From Vitrella brassicaformis CCMP3155 (taxonomy: Eukaryota; Protista; Chromerida), in NCBI GenBank assembly GCA_001179505.1, contig CDMY01000554.1, positions 1 through 52,736 of the forward strand: a stretch of 52,736 bases of DNA. Direction: 5' to 3'. The position numbers and the translations under genes were made by a program. How positions within the stretch are numbered: position 1 is the first letter of the stretch; the number at the start of each line of letters is the position of its first letter. The notes beneath the pieces were generated by a model. It searched no databases, was not told the DNA's origin, and saw only the letters and a program-made list of their open reading frames with translations. Shown here in pieces: positions 46,743 to 52,736 of this stretch.

Positions 46743-49095
46743 TCAGGCGGCGGCCGCGATGGCTTCAGGGGTCACTTGTTCCTTCTCCTTCCCCATCTCA
46801 CGCATCTGACGCTGCGTGAATCACACGCACATCCACACACACACGCGCACACACACAGCCATTCCACACGCACATACGCAGCCATTCCAGACACGCGCAT
46901 GCATTCCACCTGCACGTATGGCCACTTACCCTGATTCGGTATATTTCGGGCTGGATGAGCTTCTTGGTCATCCAGCTGCCGTTGCAGCCTATCTTGGCAG
47001 CAGATATCTGTTAAGCGATTGATTGAGAAGACGAGGAGGGACAAGCGAGAGAGGCGGGCGTGCCACGAAGGGATGAGAGCAGCGTGGTAGGTAGGGAATG
47101 GAATCAACACCTACCTACCTTGGGCAGGCGCCTTGCGTGCTGCAGCGCTTCGGCAGCACCCATGACACTCTGCACACAATGAATGCGTCGCAATGAGTGC
47201 AGCCACATTTCTGTGTGGGTGCGGTGCTCATGCTGACTCTGTGGAAGTTGCGCAACACGCGAATCAGCACGGGGCTGACCACATAGACACACACGAGACG
47301 ACCACCAATGTGGGGGATGGGATGTGCCCTTCCTGTCTGCCTGTCTCACTTGTCCTGGAAGTGTGGGTGCATGCGCTTAAGGGGCAGCTCAGTCAGGTAC
47401 AGACGGACTAAGACAACCAATCAATCAACGGACACACACACAAAGCATCCATCCATCCATCAAAGGTGAGAATATAGCTCTTGTCACAACGCGACCCGAC
47501 CGACAGTCGGTCGGCTCTATTCAACAAAGCACTACCTGACGTGACCTGACCTTCGATGAAGTCTTTGACGACCCACTTGGCGGCGTTGACCAGCACAGGG
47601 GGAATGCGGATGTCGTAAAACAAACACGCCTCTGCCATCTGCGCACACGCAGACAGACAGGCAGATAAACCAAGACGCACCAGACTCGTATGTATCATGG
47701 TCAATGTGTATGCCCATGTGCGATGTGCTTCTTGTTCGTCCGTTTACCTCGACGCAGTCCTGCCAAGGGGGGGGGGGAGACACAAAGAGATACAAAGCTA
47801 CACAGATGATGGGGGACGGGGTCGTAGACATGGTATACCGGCGGCAGGGGCTTTGACGCCGTCTCTGGCAGGACCTTGTTGGTCACCACCTGATAGGCAG
47901 ACACAGACGGGGCACATGCAGGACGCCATTAGAATGGGATTCACGGATTCACGGGTGCATTGGTTGGCTGGTCGCCTCGCCCCCTGCCCACCCACCTCTA
48001 AGGCTGCGACTATTTCTGACTCCTGGGTCTGCTTGGATGTCATGTCCTGCACAGATGGCAGATAAGGGAGCCTCGGATGCACCAACCTGATGGTGCCCTC
48101 GGAGGTCAACTAACCCCTCTGTCTTCCGCCTTGGTCAGTGCTGTCTCGATCGACTGTGCACACACACACACACACGGGCACGCGCACGAATCCCTGTGTG
48201 TCTCGTGTCTCAACCAATGTGGGCTGACTGCCGGCCGGACGATATGTACCAACCATGATTTTGTCGATGGGCTCAAAGACCTGGTTGTGTATGGTGAGCA
48301 GCTCCTTCGAGTAGGCGCTCTCAAATCCCACAAACAGCTGATCAAACTCCTCCAACACCTCTCGCAAGCGACCGCGGAAATTCTTCAGACCGTCGCCAAA
48401 GTCGCTCTGGCCCCACAACCACACGAATCACAGCTCGAATGAGAGACAAAGGTGCTCTTGCCGGCCCCTCCCCACGCACCTTGACGCTGGGTTCGATGAG
48501 GGAAGTGATTCTGAGTGCGACGTCGTCGAAGGCCTTAAGGAACTTGATGCCGTGTGAGTTGAGCTCGTTGCTGAAATTGAACGACTGTCCGTTGAAGTCC
48601 ACCGTCGGCGACGTCGCCAAGGCCTGTGCAGCCACCACCACTGACACGCTGTACCCAAGGGGCTCGTACCTGCGTGTGTTGTGTGGGGGGTCAGTGGCCA
48701 TTTATGTATGTCTGGCTGGTGCGCAGGGGCTATATTCTTACTTACTGGGGGATGGGGAAGAGGTATTTGTGGTGGTTTTGGAAGCGGTAGCTCTTGTTCT
48801 CTGGCGAGATGCTCACGTACTCGCCGAGCATGCCCAGTAGGTTCAGAAAGCGGGCCAGCAGACGCACTCCGTCGCCCTCGAGCGCAGTGCTCACCAGAGG
48901 GACCTTTCCCTGCAAATCAGCCAGTCTGACAGATGACACAAACAAGGCAGACGGAGGCATTTGTGGGGACGTCAGCTGTGCTCCTGCCTCTCACTCTTTG
49001 ATGTATGCGAAGTCGGGTGTTCCCTTGAATTTAACGACATCGGGTGTCCCCGTGATTTTTCCACCCTTCTTGCCTCCCTTCTTCTTCGGAGCCAT
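46743..49095 (-). CDS. Conserved-looking helical hypothetical protein, many exons
   Basis: MAPKKKGGKKGGKITGTPDVVKFKGTPDFAYIKE|LADLQGKVP..|..LREVLEEFDQLFVGFESAYSKELL..|..WMTKKLIQPEIYRIR|RQMREMGKEKEQVTPEAIAAAA*. Clean GT-AG junctions. Confidence 0.8.
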
Positions 49096-49227
49096 GCTGC
49101 AATAATGCCTCCACTAAGGAGCGTTGACTTCGTTCGCAAACCACCTCAAGACAACTTGAACTTGAAGCTTGCAGTCTTGGGGGCCGTGGGGGCCTGGGAC
49201 AAAACGCCGACTCTCGTGAGGCGCAGA

Positions 49228-50237
49228 ATGGTGTACACTCGCCGCACGGCGACGTCCAAGCTGGACCCCGAACTCAAGCATGTGTGGGAGAGGGGCAATG
49301 AGGAGAGCAGGGACTTCAAGACAACATCAGCCGGTGAGCGAAGCTGTAAGGAAAGAGGGCCGGGGCTGCAGCCCTACTACGCACACATCGGGCATTCTTC
49401 TGCCTCCCACACAAATGGACATGCACATGCAGAGATGAGTGAAGATGTGGAGGAGTTTCTTCGCTGGCGACAGGAGCGTCTGCAGTCCCGCAAGGAGTTC
49501 GAGATGAGCCAGGGGGTGGGCGACGAGGCCGTCAGCGACGACCCCATCGTCACAAAGGTAACATGAAACACACATACAGGGGCTCAACAGGCTGTCCATT
49601 CCTCTTGATGCTCTTTCTCCCCCGCAGCTTGCCAACGATATCATCAAGAATGAGAGACGTAGGCATACGTACAAACAGACAGACAGACAGACAAACAGGC
49701 AAACAGGACCTCCTGATCGTCTTATGTGGTTGTGCACCATGTGTGTCTGTGCCCAGGTGGCAAGGACATGCCTCACCGCCGTGACAACGTCCGTGAGCTG
49801 TTCTGTGCACCAACAGACAAGACCGATTCGACGCAGAAGAGCACACACAGTAAGGCAGAGGACAATCCATATGCGGCACACTGACGGCTCAGCTGTCTGT
49901 TATGTGCGTGTATCAGTTTGGGACTCCCTTTTCACCAACGAAATGAGCAAACGCAACCCGTGAGCCATTTCGTTTGCGCAGCACATGTCATGTCTCCATT
50001 TCGTTTGCACAGCAATGTCATGTCTCGTCACACAGCAATATGCGCCCGTGTGCGTGTCTGTATTGCCTTGTGTACGTCAGTGCCTACTGCAAGCAGAAAT
50101 ACGAGGAAAAGCGCTTTCTGGAAGATAAAGGTGGGAAAGCAGAAGACGTGCCTGTACCGCGAAAACATCGAGACACGCATCTCCACTCTGTGTGTTCCGT
50201 GTTTTCAGTGCGGTACAAGCACACCATGCGTGCCTGA
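49228..50237 (+). CDS. Small charged hypothetical protein, multiple short exons
   Basis: MVYTRRTATSKLDPELKHVWERG..|EMSEDVEEFLRWRQERL..|LANDIIKNER|..|VWDSLFTNEMSKRNP|AYCKQKYEEKRFLEDK..MRA*. Confidence 0.6.
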
Positions 50238-50862
50238 GTGGGGTGGGGGGTCCATCGCGTAACCAATTCATGGGTGTTTCGATCCATTGCGTAGTGTGCG
50301 CATGAACGGACTATCGAATGCATGCCATTACATGGTGTCTCTGCGGTTGTGCATGCGCTGACGTACACTTGGTTGATTTCTGTGGCCCCCGCCCTGTAAT
50401 ACTCCTTCAGGCTCTTGATGTGTCAACTCATGGAAGATAGCAATTCCCAGGCACCCAGGACATGCACAAACACACGACCGCGTGTCTGATTCTGCGCGAG
50501 GACAGCGTCGATACGGCTTTGGCCGGCTGGATCTCCCCACATCTGCGCATACATAGCACAACGGGCGTCTGACGATTCGTCTCATGTGTACGTGTGGGAA
50601 ATACGTAATGCGTACCGTACCGATTGATGCCCCTTAAGTGGACTGCCCACGGCGCAGGAGCAAGTGACTGCTCATCAAAATATCCAAATCCCCGATCATG
50701 TCGTCCATTCTTTCCATGATGTCATTCACAATATCATCCTTGTGCCTTGCACCAACTATATCCACGACCCGCGACTGAGGTTTCCTTCGTTTGTTCTGCA
50801 TATATGTCACATACCTTTTTCCGAGAGCAGATCCATCAGTTGCTGCTTGCAGATGAGTCCTT

Positions 50863-51865
50863 CTAGCAGTCGCGTCCTCTGCAGCATAAGCTCGCGTGCA
50901 GCATCTCCCTCTCGTCGCGCAGCGAGCGCTTCTTGTCCCTGCCTTTCTCCTGTATAGTCGAATAAGAAATGCTTATAGAATCCAGTCAGTCATTTATCAA
51001 TGTCTGTGGATTAGTGTATATGGGGTCGTACTTGTTTTATTTCGGTATCTAATTCATCGATCCTATTGCATAGGTAGTTGGCCTTCAGAGAGATGCGCTT
51101 CTCATCGGCTAGTAACTTAGCATAATCGCCTATCTCTCCCAGTCCCAGCAAACTTGCCGCCCGCTCCAGACCACACAGTCGATGGGTGGACCACAAAATC
51201 TCGCTGTGTATCCTCAGCCTTTTCGTCACGTCCTCTTCCTATACGCGAGTGCGAAACACAGCAGGTATCTATGGTTTTCGATCAATCGATCAGCTGTATT
51301 CGCTACTGTCTGCAATCCGTACTTGCCGCCGTCGTACGTCCAACGCCATTTCATCCTTCTTGAGCTCCTCAATATCGTTCTCCAATTGCTGAAGAGATCG
51401 CCTTATCTCTTGCCTTCTTTCTGGGTCTTTGTGAACCTGCCCCATCAGACGCCAGTATGAGCCATTCTTTAGGGCGAGTTGCATCAGAAGCCAGAGAGAG
51501 CTTTTGTTTATTTCCTCCTCCAAGATCTCTGTCGGGTCAGGCTGCTGGGGCGAGTCGCCAGTGCTTGCGGCCTGAACAAATGCCAACCATGGGGCACACA
51601 CAGACTATGCATGAAGGTCCGATTGGTTGCGTTGAACCTGCCTGCCTGCCTCCCTTCTGCATTCTCGCCTCCTTACTCTTCTGGTTCGAAGGCGCTTTTG
51701 TCCCAGCCGCAGGGCGGAATACGCAATCATACGCCGCCGGCTGGCGGGAGAAGCAGGGGAAGGGACGAAGGCGAAAGAAATCATGATGGCAGATGGCATC
51801 GCCAGCAGCACCAACTGAAGCGTGAAGGCCAGTGGGATGGGCAGCGACTGTCTGGAAGACGTCAT
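50863..51865 (-). CDS. Coiled-coil hypothetical protein with a bipartite (signal + FAFVPS transit-like) leader; 3' exon frame ambiguous
   Basis: MTSSRQSLPIPLAFTLQLVLLAMPSAIMISFAFVPSPASPASRRR..RTRR|AASTGD..VRRRQ|EEDVTKRL..TEIKQ| via phase-0 GT-AG introns. An upstream ATG at 51889 is an alternative start. Confidence 0.6.
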
Positions 51866-52125
51866 GGCAGCAGAACGCCTGCATCGCATGAATGAATAGA
51901 TTGATACCTCCTTCCCGTCAGTTGACACTCGTACGCTCTCTTGCCTGGTGATTCAAGAGTCTGTTGGTGACCCCCCTCCCCCCCCTCCCTCTGTTGCGAG
52001 CTTAGATCGCACTTCGAAGAAGATCTCCCAACAGACTCTTGCTTGCAAAGACCATACCGTCACGGAGAGGGCAGGGCGAAAGAAAGGCGTCGAGATCATG
52101 AATATCTGACAAGATTCATTGATGC

Positions 52126-52395
52126 TGTCGGATAAATAGCGTGCTCAGGTTGCTCGTAGAGTAGTTGATGACCAAGCAGATGGAGTCAGAGTCTTTTCTC
52201 TCTGAAAAGACCCAGTCTGCCTAACGCTATGGCGTTGGGCTTCCGCTGGAATAGGGCTCCGTTTCACGAAGCTACCTAAGAAAGCGGGTATCTCCCTGGG
52301 CTCTGGCCAGGGGTAACTGGCCAGACGGTATTATGTTTGGTTCTGCTGCTCGTTTCACGTAGCAGCCTGGGCTAGGGCTTGAGTACCCTTCGACA
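52126..52395 (-). mobile_element. Predicted 3' LTR (270 bp) of a Ty1/copia retrotransposon
   Basis: Starts TGTCG directly after the polypurine tract on the minus strand and ends CGACA (perfect 5-bp inverted termini at 52126-52130 and 52391-52395). The 5' LTR and target-site duplication lie outside the window. Confidence 0.7.
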
Positions 52396-52404
52396 CCCCC
52401 TCTC
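52396..52404 (-). promoter_or_regulatory. Polypurine tract of the retrotransposon
   Basis: GAGAGGGGG abutting TG on the minus strand, about 65 bp after the pol stop. Confidence 0.75.
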
Positions 52405-52470
52405 ACTCAAGACCCTCTACGAAGCCTAGAGTGAAGCCATCTGCCAGATCTACATCTGCTCTGCCTCCCC

Positions 52471-52736
52471 TCATGTATCCATATCGGATTCCTCATCAGA
52501 TTCCACATCCATCCTTGTGCCCCTCGGTACGAGGAAGTCTTGCGTGGCGTGTGACGGGTTGCTGAACAGTTTCTCTGTCACTGGTGTGTGCTTGCCTGCA
52601 GGCAGGTTCTTGGTGAGCACATCTGCCACGTTCTCAGCCGATGGGATCCAACCAACCTCCACCTCGCCCGCCTCGACCTTCTCACGCACCAGGTGATACC
52701 TGACACGGATGGCCTTGGTCCTATCAGACATCTCTG
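52471..52736 (-). mobile_element. Ty1/copia pol C-terminus (RNase H), runs off the window
   Basis: RTKAIRVRYHLVREKVEAGEVEVGWIPSAENVADVLTKNL matches the copia RNase H consensus RTKHIxxRYHFxRE...ADxLTK. Confidence 0.93.

Larger units (their letters stand above)
4900..49760. repeat. Dispersed intronic and intergenic microsatellites: (CA/TG)n, (CAGA/TCTG)n, (GGCA/TGCC)n, (CCAT/ATGG)n
   Basis: Examples at 5690-5730, 7846-7872, 15105-15125, 28561-28580, 35069-35098, 39884-39904 and 49672-49695. Confidence 0.9.

Noticed and set aside
51962-51996. TGTTG at 51962 or 51992 as the LTR outer end
   Set aside because: 52126 gives perfect 5-bp inverted termini with the PPT-adjacent end and leaves the host promoter motif outside the LTR. 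Not proven without the 5' LTR.
1-52736. tRNA, rRNA or snRNA genes
   Set aside because: No cloverleaf or conserved rRNA/snRNA segments recognised by eye. Small intronic snoRNAs (e.g. in RPS3A introns) cannot be excluded without a covariance-model search.

Overview
Gene-dense, intron-rich, GC-rich eukaryotic genomic DNA. GT-AG introns full of (CA/TG)n and (CAGA/TCTG)n repeats, bipartite plastid leaders and recognisable lineage-specific gene families point to a chromerid alga, most likely Vitrella brassicaformis (inference, no search run). About 20 protein genes or pseudogenes can be modelled by hand. Recognisable ones: a duplicated hinderin/KIAA1328-like gene across a 300-N gap, a secreted bacterial-type S8/S53-like peptidase head-to-head with a secreted sulfatase carrying two LamG-like domains, a plastid-targeted CrtI-type phytoene desaturase, RPS3A, a METTL14/MTB homologue retaining DPPW, and an OSBP/ORP with a signal peptide, several TM helices and an altered EQxSHHPP motif. 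Also present: a stand-alone lipoyl-fold protein lacking the lipoyl lysine, an old head-to-head paralogue pair, decaying ankyrin-like family members, several unknown proteins, and the 3' end of a Ty1/copia retrotransposon (RNase H, PPT, 270-bp LTR). No rRNA, tRNA or CRISPR array is supportable. Non-coding signals worth checking are a recurrent AGCTCGC/GCGAGCT motif in promoter-proximal DNA and complementary repeat arms at intron ends. Gene models are hand-spliced, so boundaries are approximate where stated.
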